A stretch of DNA of 64,000 nucleotides from Octopus vulgaris (GCA_951406725.2 OX597819.1:104904001-104968000); one strand, 5' to 3'. Shown: positions 37,190 through 50,495, counted from the first letter of the stretch. Notes: generated by a model not told the origin, from the letters alone. A program made the numbers and translations.

Positions 37190-39379
37190 TTACTTGAAGT
37201 TGGCGATTTGTATACAGCCATTCAAATTTAAGAAATTAGCTTAAAATGTGCAATCTTCTATTCAGCTAAAATGTCATTTTTTTCTTTTTTCCTTACGTCA
37301 CGCATACACACACACACTGTGTCGCAGTGTATTTATATGGTCTATTATTTACTCAGCATTTCTACTTAGTTGTTCTCACCTGTCAACAAAGAGTACTTGT
37401 TATTGTTGCTAACCTAGTTTTTGTTTGTCTTCGCTACTCGAAACTAATTATCACGTACGCAAACGCACGCATGTGCGTGCATGGGTGTTTGTCTGTGTGT
37501 ATGTACGCATACAATAAGTATAAATATATAATTTACAAGTGCTATCACGAACCACATTAAGAGTATTCAATGTATATCGTAAAGTGAAAATTTTATTGTA
37601 GCATAATATTATTTTATGGCGAACTTCTAGAATAGCCGTTCTTTGTAGTCCCATACTTCGTGGAAATGAAAAGTGCTAACGAAAGTGGTGGGGAGGAAGA
37701 TAATATTGGAATTTTGGGGAAAAAATTGTTCAGGATGGTAAATTTCAGTTGTATAAAACAAATAATTGAAATAATTCTTTCTACCACAGGCACTAGGCCT
37801 GAAATTTGGGGGAGGGATTAGTCGATTATATCGATCCCAGTGCTCGAGTGATATTTATTTTATCGACCCTAGAAGGATGAACGGCAAAATCAACCTCAGC
37901 GGAACTTGGTTTGGGATCGTAAAAACGTACGAAATGCTGCAAAGCACTTTGGCGTGTCATCGATTCAGCCAGCTCGCTGCCTTAACAATAATAATCCTTT
38001 CAACTATACACACACACAAGGCCTGAAATTTTGGAGGAGGAGGCTAGTCGATTACATCGACCCCAATGCGTAACTGGGACTTATTTCATCGACTCGAAAG
38101 TATGAAAGGCAAGGTCGAGCTCGGACCGTATAGACGGACGAAATGTCGCTAAGCATTTTGCCTGGCATGCTAACGATTCTACCAGCTCATCGCCTTAACA
38201 ATAATAATAATAATAATAATTTTTTCTAATTTTGACACAAGGCCAACGATTTTGAGAAGAGGGGGAAATCAACTGTCTCCAGTACTTGACCCTGTACTTT
38301 ATTTACCGACCTCGGAAGGATGAAGTGCAGAGTTGACCTCAACTATATTTGAACTCAAAAAGGGGAAACTTTTTTCCGTTTCCATGAGACTCGGGGGGGG
38401 GGGGGACGGCTAGTCCAAACCTGCGCCAATTTTACTTATAATATACGCTTCGAAATAGATAATTCTGGAATGCAAGCAGGGTCCTTTTCGGGACTTCGTA
38501 GAATGTGAGGAAATTATTTTCTGACAGGAAACATGGTTGTTCAAAAGATTACAACGAATGGCCTCCACCGATGACACCCAGGGGTCAAGTAATGGTATTA
38601 AACTAGAAGACGATTGTCTGTATATTTGTGTATGAGTGTGTGTATGTATTTGTCTTGATTCACTCTTTTTCTGATAATAAATGTCTTATCACTTTGGAAA
38701 CACGCAGACAAGACATTGTAAAATGTTGTTTTGGGCTTGACGTTTTTTTTTTTTTTGTCTTGCTTAAATATAAATAAATAAATTGCGTCAACCATGAATG
38801 TCCGTTTTCGTAGTGGTCGAGATCTTTTCGAAACAGCTGCCAAATCTCAAATCACATCGCCCTCTCTTTAGAGTAGACAACTTGTTTAAATTTAAACAGG
38901 ATTTCAAAACAAATTACTTGCCAAACAAGTACCACTCAAAAATGTGTGTGTGTGTTCGGCAATAAGCACAAAAAAACAAAACAGAAGAGGGAATGCTTAT
39001 GTACATAATGCGAATGTGTTATAGATAATAGAAAATTAACTGAATGGCATACTTTATTCAAAATCACTACAGTTGTTTCCACACATTGTTACACCTGTAG
39101 TGCAGTGTAATCATTATCATCCATCAAAGGTGTAAGATGGGTTTCTTCTGTTGATTATTTTAAACAAGTCTTTTGTTAGCTCATACTGTCGTTTCACTCT
39201 GTAAGAGAATGAATACCCAAAGTAGTGTGCTATTTCCTGGAATTTGCAGACAAAACTAAACCCACAGATATTAGTAACAGACAAACACAAGTATCATCAA
39301 ATTACAGAATCAAGAAACAGATACAGGTATAATGATGTGTAGAAACAATTGTGATTTTGAATAAAGATTGTCGTTGAAT

Positions 39380-39812
39380 CTAATCAAAATCGATCAACAT
39401 GAATGGAAATTGTAGCTGTGATACCAGTGCCAGTGGCACATAAGAGAACCATCCGAATGTGGCCGTTGCCAGCGCCGCCCCGACTGGCTTCCGTGCCGGT
39501 GGCACGTAAAAAGCACCATCCGATCGTGGCCGTTGCCAGTCTTGCCTGGCCGATTGCCAGCCTCGCCTGGCCTCCGTGCCGGTGGCACGTAAAAAATCAC
39601 CATCCGATCGTGGCCGTTTGCCAGCCTTGACTGGCACGTAAAAAGCACCCACTACACTCATGTAGTGGTTGGCGTTAGGAAGGGCATCCAGCTGTAGAAA
39701 CATTACCAGATCAGACTGGGCCTGGTGCAGCCTTCTGGCTTCCCAGACCCCAGTTGCACTGTCCAACCCATGCCAGCATGGAAAGTGGACGCTAAACGAT
39801 GATGATGATGAT
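39380..39812 (+). mobile_element. (GAT)n-tailed retroposon/SINE in UBE2Z intron 1
   Basis: Same family as 18598-19023; explains the ORFs at 39380-39928. Confidence 0.75.
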
Positions 39813-42800
39813 ACTATGGAATTCCTGATGTATATATCCAGTAGCAGAAGCATTTGCACTGTATGATGAGATTTGGTAGCCAATAACTGGACAAGCTTTG
39901 CATAGCATTCTACAAGGTTTTTACCCAAATCTTATTTAACTCATGAATGACCATGGAATTGCGCCTAGAAAGTTACCCTCCGAGGCACATGTCCAGGCAA
40001 GGTTGTTTATGGAAGACCAGCAGTTGCCCATGCATACCAGCCTCCCCTCTCCATGCCACTGATATTATCCTAAGGAAAGACAAAGGTCAATACAGCTTGA
40101 CACTAGTGTTGTCACAACTCATTTCTACAGATGAGGGAACTGGAGCAATGTGAAATAAAGTTCCTTGCTTTATACTTCCACTGCCTGGAAGTATAAAAAC
40201 TATGAACATAGTGGAAGAAAAGACGTACTAGAAGTGAAACTTATATAATTATGGTTTTATATATCATCATTTTAAAGTTCTTTTCCATCCTTGCATGGGT
40301 CAGCTGAAGTTTATTGAGGTAGATTTTCTACATCTGGATGACCTTTCTGTGACCAACCCTTACCTGTTTCAAAGCAAGGTAATATTTCCTCAAGGCCAGA
40401 CATGTTTATGCTGAATAGTGTAAATGAATGATACTGCCTGTATGGCAGTGACGCTCATTTACAACTATCACATGACGTCAAGACAAGAGAACACAAGCAT
40501 ACACTCTCTCTCTTCTCTCTCTCCCTCTCACATATATACACACACACACCACATATATGTCAGGCTTTTCTCAGTTTCTGTCAACCAAATCCACTCACAA
40601 GGTTTTGGTCACTTGGTTTTATAGAAGACACTTGCCTAAGGTGCCAGTTAGTCAGATTGAACCTAAAACCACATGGTAGGGAAACAAACTTCTTAATCAC
40701 ACAAATGAATGTATTATTTTACTACTTCCGTCTTTCTCTCGAATCATAACAATGCATGAGAGGGGAGAGATTGATCTCTGGTATCCTTTATTTGCATTCT
40801 TCCATTACATGCTCCCAAGGATACATTCTGTCCCCACATCATTTTATTTCTCCTCCACACCCCTGTACCCACCCATATAACATGGTTTAGCACTGCCTCT
40901 CTGCATCACCACCCTTACCACTGACACTTTTTATTTCCTTCCTATAACTTAATTGCCCTTATCTTACTCAACTCTCCCCATTGTCCCATCACTCTCTAAC
41001 CCTCTCTCTACTCCTCACCCCAACACTACTTTTCATTTTCCCTCTTATTAGTCCTTCCCTAACACTGTCTCTACCCTTACTCAACAATGAACCTGTGTAA
41101 CTCCAATAAGAAATGTTTCAGATCTTGACAAACTGTCCAACCCTGCTGTCATGGTAGATAGACTGGTTTACCCCATTTCTGGGTCCACCTCTTCAACTTA
41201 CCCTATTATCATTACTACTCCTAACATTACTCTTCCTCTTCTCCCACTCCAACACTGACTCCTCTGTTACTCTCCCCATACCACCTTCTCAGAATAAATT
41301 TATCCCTTCCATCAAGGTGTAGTATTCTTTTGCTTTACAAGCTGCAAGGTGACCTCAACTGTGCAAGTGACACAAAAAGCATCCAGCAGACTTTCTAAGA
41401 GATTAGTAATCAATTTGAGCAATGACTATTCATGGCTTGAGAGAGCTCGTTAATGTTGTTGATGGCAAGGCAACCCCTATAGTGCTGGTGTTATGATTGA
41501 TGCAGCCAGTACACTCAATAAAGTGGTTGATGTTGGAAAGGGCATTCAGTCATGGAAACCATGCCAAGATTAAGGTGTGGCCCTGTGACTCATTTGAATC
41601 CTGTTGAACCATCCTACCAGCATGGAAAACAGACATAAAAAGGATGATGATGTGTAGCCCTAAATATTTAATGTAGCAATTAAAGTAATTCACATTACCA
41701 CATAAACCATATATAACTGAAATTGAATTCTTTTGTGCATTTCACTTCTACTTATTGATTTTATTTGATTATTTATGTCTTTTTATGTTCTGAATTTAAA
41801 GCTTGCCAAATCAGCTTTGCTTTTTGTCCTCTAACTTGCTTTAGAAATGAGATGTTTACAGACATTGCTGTTTGGTTAAGAAGCTTGCTTTTGCAGCCAT
41901 GCGGTCTCAGGTTCATTCCACAATATGGCATCTTATGCAAGTGTTTTCTACAATAGATCCAGCTGGCTAATGCATTGTGGATTTGGAAAATGGAAACTGT
42001 GTGGAAACCTATCATATGTATGTGTGTGCCTCTGTCTCCACCCGTAATCGACTGATAGACTGGTGTTGGTTTGTTAACACCCTTGTAACTTTGCGGTTCA
42101 GTAAAAATGACCATAAGAAAAAGTACCAGGGTCGATTTGATCAACTAAAACCCTTCTAGGTGGTGCCCTAGTATGGCCACAGTCTAATGACCAAAATATG
42201 TAAAGCAATAAATAAAGAGAAAATACTGTGTTTGTATGTTTGCGTGTGTGTTATACTGAACTGTTGGTTGTTTATCAAGCCCATATCAATTCTGATTGCA
42301 CTGACCAAAGATACTCCAGCTGGTCTTTTTTAAGGCCATATCTGGGACTACAATATCTACTATGTCATGTAACTCTCCTCTTTTCCTTTTCAAGACAGTA
42401 AAATTTGGTTTTAAAGAGGTGGACCCTGCTATTTCTAACAAGTTGAGTGACTGCATGCATGTTACATATGTTTGAACAAACATATTGATGTGGAAAGCGA
42501 AAAATGGGTTTTTATTTTTAATATATTTAATGGTGAACTACTATGACCACCATCGACACCACCACTACTACCATCACTACTTTTAAATCCTCACTTTGTT
42601 TACATGTTTTGCTACAAAGACTTCCATCTTCTCACCACCTTTCTTTTCTGTTTTTTTTTTTCCTATCTCCCCTCTCCTTTCTCACTTTCTTCCCATCCCA
42701 TACTTCTCATTATTGAATATGTCATCGTTTAATTTATTATGATCAATAATTGTGTGTGTATACGTGTGACAAGCAGTTGCCGTGTCGACTGTGTGGCCAA

Positions 42801-44963
42801 GCTGTCTGTTAACCAATTTCCTTGACCCGGTTTCATGAGAATCACTTCAGCTTATGATGTTAAATAATCTTTGAGACAGACACGAAAACCATATCTTATT
42901 TCCTTAATGTTTTTAAATCTGATCTGACATTTCTTGTCCTCACCCTCTGTCTGTGTATTAAAGATGCACAGTGCTATTTACAAAGGGATTAATGTCAACA
43001 TTCTAATAGGTAGAGAAATAATGGGTAACAGATTGTAGAGAGCTAAAATGGAGAAGGGTCAGGGACAAGGCGAGGTTTCTTTTAAATAATACCAGAATTG
43101 TTTTTGCTTTATGCTTTAAATGAACAGAATAGTAGTATCATTCTTAAGCACATTGGTTCCATTGATGTGATAGTATAAGATAAGTGGTGTACGGAGAGAT
43201 ATTAGTTACATCCACATACCTGCTGAAGCCATGCCACTATTAAAAAATCTTAGTCGTTTGACACACTGTTTCTCTGTCTCTTTATCTCTCGCAATAACAT
43301 ATAACGCTTTTATTCTAGATCTGTATTAATAGCTGAAAAATTTTAAATTGCTGGCGAGTGTCTATTTAAGGAAGTAATTTTTATTACTTCTCCTCCTTCT
43401 ACAAAAGGACAATCATTATAAATGCAGAATTTTCAAAATTATTTTCATATACCTACAGTTACCGAATTACCAACATTTATGTTTGTCTTTTTTTCTTTTT
43501 TTTTAATTTTATACTGATTTTCTTTCATGCCAGAAAGGCTTAGGTTGGTTTTACAAATTTATCAGTTTGCATGAATTATTCAAACAACTGCTTCTTTCTG
43601 TGGCTAATTCACTGCTACTGTGAATTGAGTTGTTTGAAGCAAGAAATGTAAAAAAAGTTTCTAATACAGTCTTTGCTCATATCATCTACATCTGATGCCC
43701 TGCTTCTCTCTCTCGCTCTCTATAATGGCCTCTGCTCCTCAGACTGTCTGAGCTCATTCTGCCTCCACTCAAGGCATTCCTGAACCCGTCATTCCCCTCT
43801 ACTCATCACTCTGTATACCCCACCACCACCACTACAAAGCCACACTCTAATCTTTTCTCCCTTCCCAGAACATTGGTCTTTTTGAATTCTTACCAAGCTC
43901 ATGTTCATCTCACTGGTATTAAGTTACAAAGGTTAAAAAAGAAAATATTAATATCATCTCCTTAGTCTAGGAGGGACTGTCAAGGCAATGTATACTGCTC
44001 CTTCCTCCAGACCCAGCAAAAAGACCAAAAAATATCATTAATCTTGGTTTCTGTTTTTCCCAAGAGAGATTAACCCACTTGGGACTTACCATATTAGAAT
44101 GTTTGCATTTCAACTGAAATTTCATCATTACATGAATACATTCGTCTTTTAGTTGTGTTTCAAGCACCAGCTTAATATAGCCATAAGTAAATAATGGTAT
44201 AGCTGCTTTACGAAAGCAGGCAAATTTTAAAATTAGTTTGACAGTTAATTGAAACTAATTACTTTGATAGTTAATTGAAATACATGTAGTTAGTGTGTTG
44301 TTAAAAATATAGTCTTGGAAGGGTATTCACTTTCATTGTTATCATTTCCTCTATCAATAAATCATCTCTTGGCTTTGTGCCTTTGCAGTCATGTGGAATA
44401 AGTGATCCCTTTGTTGGAAAATAGGTTGGGATTGATGACAGGAAGGGCATCTAGCAGTAAACTACATCTGATGCCCTGAAATTGGCAGTAATAGACTTGT
44501 TTTACCATTTGTTTAGACAAGATTTTAAGAGGAGAGAAATATTTTGACAATGTATTAAAATTCAAAAAATCAGTTGTAACCAATGAAAACTCCTTTTATT
44601 ATACAAGTTAGAAAAATTTTGTAAAGTCTGTAGTAATGTGAGTGGTCGTGACAGTCATGAGAGACATCATTAAGTCAAGGGTTATGGATAAAATTTTGTT
44701 GTGGAAGAAAAATGATTAGCTAATAATGTACATATGTGGGTGTTGGAATGTACAGTGATTGTTTGCATTGAATAAAGGAAGTGCATAATGAGAGAGAAAG
44801 AATTGCAGCAACAGGTTGTGAATTATGGCAGTCAAATTGAATGATTAGTGTTTATAGAATCTAGGGTGCTGGTGTATAAGGAAGGTTTTAACCCAATAAG
44901 TGCAGAGCTTTTCAATAGTTAACCAAAAGTTGGGATAATTGCAACAGATGACATAAAGAATTC

Positions 44964-45111
44964 AATGGCATTCCCTACACTTTCCCAGTATTGAAAGCTG
45001 TAGTTTTATTCCATTATACAGTAACAATTTAATTTCTTCACCTTTGTTCCCAATGGTGACAGTGGAGTCACAGTATCTTCAACAGTTAAAGTTTTGCAGG
45101 TTAATATATAT
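44964..45111 (+). ncRNA. Candidate box H/ACA snoRNA, copy 1 (probably degenerating)
   Basis: Paralog of 46752-46905; hairpin 1 intact; H box ACAGTA at 45018-45023; a small deletion in hairpin 2; terminal box ATA at 45106-45108. Confidence 0.5.
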
Positions 45112-45389
45112 TTCTGACTTGTATCATTTCATTTTATTGACCTCACTTTTTAAAGGTATTATCTAACTCACTCTCTCTAGTCTTGTACAGCTTGCATTTA
45201 AAACTCTTAAAACTTCCACAATGTCTGATCTTTCCTGGTGACCACAACATATATATATATATATATATATCATCATCGTTTAACGTCCACTTTCCATGCT
45301 AGCATGGGTTGGATGGTTCAACTGGGGTCTGGGGAGCCCGAAGGCTGCACCAGGCCAGTCAGATCTGGCAGTGTTTCTACAGCTGGATG

Positions 45390-45448
<59 letters not shown>

Positions 45449-46751
45449 ACCGCGTGTGTACCGTTGGCGATTTTTTTTCCTCTGTCTTCCCTTCTCTGGA
45501 TCTTTCCTTCTCCTAAGTTTCTGACGAAGAGCTCTGCTCAAAATGTTAAACCCTCCTTCCCTTCCTTCCTTCCTGAGCGTCCAATAATACTATATTTGTT
45601 CCACGTCCTTGCGTTGTTGTGTTTTCATGTTTGGATTAACTATATATATATATATAACAGCTAAAACTATCTCTCACTTCATGGCCATGAATACTTTAAC
45701 CCTGATTAATTGCTGGCTACACTCATAGAATACTGTCACTTTGTCTTTCAAGCCTGTACTGCATATCTGAGACACTGCTGCTGCTACTTCTACTACACAC
45801 ACATCCTAGACAGCTGGACCATTACCTTATTGACAAAAGAAAATGCATTTCCCAATACCTTCAGACCTCTGACCCACAAACATACTCTCTTTCCCCTCTT
45901 TGTGTCTTCAGTTGCTATGTCAGTAGCATCTACTTTCTTAAACTTATCAGCAGCTTACCTTTTCCCCAAGGCCTACCAAACAAACATCTCTCTTCCTTTT
46001 TATCACCCATTAATGTTTCAACCCCCAGGCTCCACATTCACCACTTCGCTTGTGTCTCCCACCCTTCCTCAGACTTTCAGTACTCTGGAATGCCCCCTCT
46101 CCATCTATTTTTTTTTTCTTCAGATGTTCAATCTGTGCATTAAGCATATTGGTCTAACCAGTCTTGGATTGCCTTCAAAGGTCAGGAGTAAACCATTTAA
46201 ATCAACATTCATATCAATGAAACAAATACTTTTTCTTCTAGTTTCTGTTTTTTTACCTTAAATTATCAGTTCACTTCTATTGTACCACCACTTCTGAGTG
46301 ACTCTTTATCCATATCTCCCTCCTTTTCAAGTCACCATTGAGTAACCCATGACCTAAGAGTTCATCTCTGCCAATGCCAAAATTCATCAATCCATCTTTG
46401 ACTTTAATCTCTTTGAAAAGGTTTGTTCCATCAAAGTTGACTTGGGGTTAAACAACAATAACCTCTTTGAATTCATTGAAGTCCACCATTATCATCCCAA
46501 CCCTGGTTTTGTTGTGTTTCATTCTTTTTCAGCTCTACTTTGAAGTCTTAGAACCATTAATACTTATAACCACAGACATGGAATACTGCCACTGCTTCTT
46601 CCAAATCCACATTCTTCTTTGCCAAAATCCTCTCTTCACCTTTTACTCCTTATCTATTGTACCATCATTTTAGCTATCACCTCTTTCTATTAATATTCCA
46701 TCCCACCATACCAACATTGTACAACTAATCATTATTTCTGCACTGTTAATT

Positions 46752-46905
46752 CGATGGCGTTCCCTACACTTTCCCAGTATTGAAAGCTGTAGTTTTAGTC
46801 CATCGTACAGTAACAAATTTAACTTCTTCACCTTTAACTGTCCTCAATGGTGACAGTGGGGTCACATTGCCTTCCACAGTTAAAGTTTTGCAGGTTAATA
46901 CATAT
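46752..46905 (+). ncRNA. Candidate intronic box H/ACA snoRNA, copy 2 (intact)
   Basis: Hairpin, H box (ACAGTA 46807-46812), hairpin, ACA (46900-46902); each hairpin has an internal pocket with exactly 14 nt between the upper stem and the box; same strand as the host gene. Confidence 0.72.
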
Positions 46906-47306
46906 GTCTGTTTCAATATGTTTTGACTGAAGAACCTGATTAGCTGGGGGTAACTATTTCTCAGCTAGGCTGACTGGGGTTAGAAATGTGAACTGTCACA
47001 TGTAATCAATAATTAATTTAATATTTGTACTTATTCTTTATTGTTTCTTCTGCTAAACATGAGGGAAATCCTAAAGAAAATACTTTCCCTATGGGTCCTT
47101 ATGGTTCAGAAATAGATTAACGAGCTGTCAACAGTTTCATTCCTAGCCATGGGTTAACTTAACCTGTAAAATACTGGGCTCAATTGTCAATTTTAGAACT
47201 CTTCTGCATCAAGAAAATAAAGCCCTTGATCATCATCAATAAAAATTAATATTTGTGCAGTTTCATATAATAATAATAATGGATTTAATGTGTTTTATCT
47301 TTGCAG

Positions 47307-47379
47307 AGATATTATGACAATATATAATGAACCACCTCCAGGAATGTGTATAGTTCCAGACAAAGAAGATATTACAGAA
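47307..47379 (+). CDS. UBE2Z: UBE2Z exon 2
   Basis: ttgcag|A GAT ATT...ACA GAA|gtaagt; DIMTIYNEPPPGMCIVPDKEDITE (too short for the ORF track). Confidence 0.92.
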
Positions 47380-47643
47380 GTAAGTGTCACTCAGCTACTC
47401 CTTCATATTACATAGCTTTTGTTGTGGGTTTCCATTTGTCAAGAGCTGTGCAGCAATTGTTCCACCTCTCTGCACTCTTGAGTTCATATTCAGTTGAGGT
47501 CAATTTTGCCTGAGTCGTTTTAAAAAATTTTCTGTCCAGAGTAGTGAATTGCGTATAATTGTTAGAGAGTCAGACACTTTGCTTTGTAATATCTGTTTTG
47601 GCTCAAGTTCAAATTCCATCCGATCACTGAAAAACATGCTTAA

Positions 47644-47857
47644 CCCCTTCGTTACTGTATTTATTATGAGATGCTCTGTGTTTCTTTTAGTTACTTTAAA
47701 TGTAACAAAGAATTTAGTAAAATAACTTAGTTATCATTCAGCTAGTGTTAGGAACATAAATTGTGACTAAGGTTTGGTGGAAGATTTTAATTCAAAACTT
47801 TTGTAAACAAGACATTTGTACTCAGAGCCAGTTTCAGCCAGGTTGGTAACAAAAGGG
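47644..47857. mobile_element. piggyBac-like MITE
   Basis: TTAA|ccccttcgttac ... gtaacaaaaggg|TTAA. Confidence 0.65.
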
Positions 47858-48018
47858 TTAAGTCAAGAATTATGACCAACATATAGTAATATGAAAAATC
47901 AATGGAAATACGGTTCTCTTGGTTCAATCAAAAGAGCAACAGTCACTACACTACCATTTCTTAGTAAAATTAGTTCTACATTGTTCTTACCATTCTCTGT
48001 TTCTGCTTGCTTCCACAG

Positions 48019-48206
48019 ATTCATGCATTAATTACTGGACCTTTTGATACGCCTTATGAAGGAGGTTTCTTCTACTTTCTAATTCGGTGTCCCCCAGATT
48101 ACCCCATCAGACCTCCACGAGTAAAACTAATGACTACTGGTGATGGTCGAGTCCGTTTTAACCCTAACCTTTACAGAAGTGGCAAGGTGTGTTTAAGTAT
48201 CATAGG
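48019..48206 (+). CDS. UBE2Z: UBE2Z exon 3, containing the catalytic Cys
   Basis: ccacag|ATT...ATA GG|gtaagt; [18 protein letters not shown]...[18 protein letters not shown]. Confidence 0.96.
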
Positions 48207-49064
48207 GTAAGTAAAGCTTTTTATTTTTTGAATACTTATAACACCAAACAGATTTCACTAACTTCCTTTACCTCATATCAATAAAATAATTATGATAAAT
48301 ACACTCTCAGCAGACCTGTAGGAAGAGATGCCAGCAGACTTGTGCATAGTATTCTGTCACAAAACATTCTTTGATCAAACCGGAATGTCACAACTAATGT
48401 CCGTACTTTGTATCCTATCACCTATTATTTGCTTTGTCCTTTGCCAATGCACTCATCTTTCTACTGAATCTAACTGTGAACAGATACCATGAGGAAGTAC
48501 AGTTTAATAGATTTTATTAACCTGCATTATTGAACTCATCTTGCTTTGAGCAAAATTGGAAGATTATCATTCTAAACTTACTTCACTTGAGCCCTTTACT
48601 CTCTTTGGAGCATTGGCCATCAATGACTTTCCTCCACTGTTCTCAATTCTGGGCTGCTTTTTTCTTTTTTGCTTCTCTCCAATTAGATCCCTGCTTTTTC
48701 AACTCTACCCCAGTATCCAGCTACTTTTAGGGGTCTTCTTAAAGCTATAATATTTTTTATCATTATGGATGAATTAAGGCAGTTTTATTATACTAAAATG
48801 GAAAGGCATTAAACTATATTGTTTTAATTTTGTAGAAAAATCCTGTTTTAATTAAATCGTGTTTAACTACTAAACCACATGAGTCTTACCTCATGTCTCA
48901 CTATTTCAGGTTGATATTTTTATAGATGAAAACTCTTATTTTGTAAGTTGTGTAATTCCAAAGAAAAGTTTCCCTCCTCTACCCCACTCCCACCCAACCA
49001 TTATCCTTTACTCTTTTTATATAAAAAATTAAAATTATACCCTGCCATTTCTGCTTATTTATAG

Positions 49065-49176
49065 GACCTGGAGTGGCCCATCCTGGAGTCCTGCTCAGTC
49101 TCTTTCCAGCATTCTGATATCCATCCAGTCTTTAATGAACGACAAACCATATCACAATGAGCCGGGTTTTGAGCAG
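49065..49176 (+). CDS. UBE2Z: UBE2Z exon 4
   Basis: ttatag|G ACC...GAG CAG|gtacgt; [37 protein letters not shown]. Confidence 0.94.
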
Positions 49177-50354
49177 GTACGTATGAATGTGTGTAAATGA
49201 TACCTTGTTATAATTATTCTCTCAAAACACCTGGAACATCTCAGCTCTAAAATATTCCTTAATGCACGTTACGTTACTTCTTAGCTATCTCTCTGTTGCT
49301 TTCATCGCCATCATCATCATCATTTAATGTCTGTTTTCCATGCTGACATGGATTAGACAGTTTGACCAGAACTGGTGAGCCAGAGAGTTGCAGCCGGCTC
49401 CAGTCATCTATTTTGGCTTGGTTTCTACAACTGGATGCTCTTCCTGATGGCAACCACTTTACAGAGAGTACTGAGTGTCTTTTACATGTCATTAGCACAG
49501 GTGCCTTTTACATATCACCCAAGGAAATTAAAAACAAAACATTTTCCATTTTATTTACTTTTTACTTGAATTTTTATGTCCATTTTTCCATGCTAGCATG
49601 GGTTAGATAAGTACATTATTGAGTCAGTGTTTTTACAGCTTGATGCCTTTTCTGTCACTAACTCTTATCTTTTTTTAACAATAAATGAACATTTATTCCA
49701 CTCATTTTTGAAGGTACTTACATATAATTCATTTTGTAATTAAAATTCCAATATTTCATAATATATGTATTTTAACACATACTGTATAAAAACGAATAGT
49801 GCTAAAGGTAGTGTCAGATAAAAAACCTCTTTCCTGTCAATAAAATATGTCATAAATATTACTGCTTAAATGTTATTTCAGTTATTATCAAACTATATTA
49901 TACTTATTTACTAAAGCATTGTATTTCTTGTAAGTGAGCAGCAGAAATTCATCATGTCACAAAATATTATTACTGACAGGGAAAATGTTTATGGCTGATA
50001 ATGTACCACAAAAATAGGCCATGGAATTTCGGTTTAAAAACGCTAATTCTAATTCTGATCAAATGTACCGTGAGTCTTTCTAACCTTCATTGCCTAGTTC
50101 AATAATGTTATACCACTATAATTTCCTCTCCCCAATGTGTTTCCTTTACCTTTGTAGCAGTTTACAATGCTGTTACTATGCCAGTCATTAGGCATGACAA
50201 CTTCCTCTAATTTTGGTGAGTAGCCTGTATCCTACCTCACCAGACATTTAATATCTTTCTTTAGAACCATATCTTTGGGGTCATAATGTTTGTTTTAATA
50301 AAGTTTTGTTAATCTCTTAAGAGTTGCCTAATCTTTCTGTTACAGTGCGTCTTT

Positions 50355-50495
50355 CATTAGGCTGTGCTTAGCTTTTCACATTAAGGCTTCTCGTTGCAGC
50401 TGTACCTAGTTCTTTTCATTAAGGCTGTGCCTAGCCCCTCTTGTTAAAGCTGTACCTAGCTCCTCTCATTAAGGCTATGTCCAGCCCTTCTCATT
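50355..50495. repeat. Degenerate ~25-bp minisatellite, about 5 copies
   Basis: Units resembling ttaaggctgtgcctagcccctcttg and ttaaagctgtacctagctcctctca. Confidence 0.7.

Noticed and set aside
42780-42930. Possible C/D snoRNA or structured RNA (cgtgtc/gacacg and aagctg/cagctt stems, ATGATG and CTGA)
   Set aside because: Imperfect C box, no terminal stem or recognisable antisense element; stems short enough to be chance
45710-46261. 183-aa ORF in UBE2Z intron 1
   Set aside because: Non-ATG start, pyrimidine-rich low-information composition, no motifs
46930-46990. Hairpin tagctggggg/ttctcagcta just downstream of the H/ACA candidate, as a third guide RNA
   Set aside because: No ANANNA box at the expected position and no second hairpin with ACA
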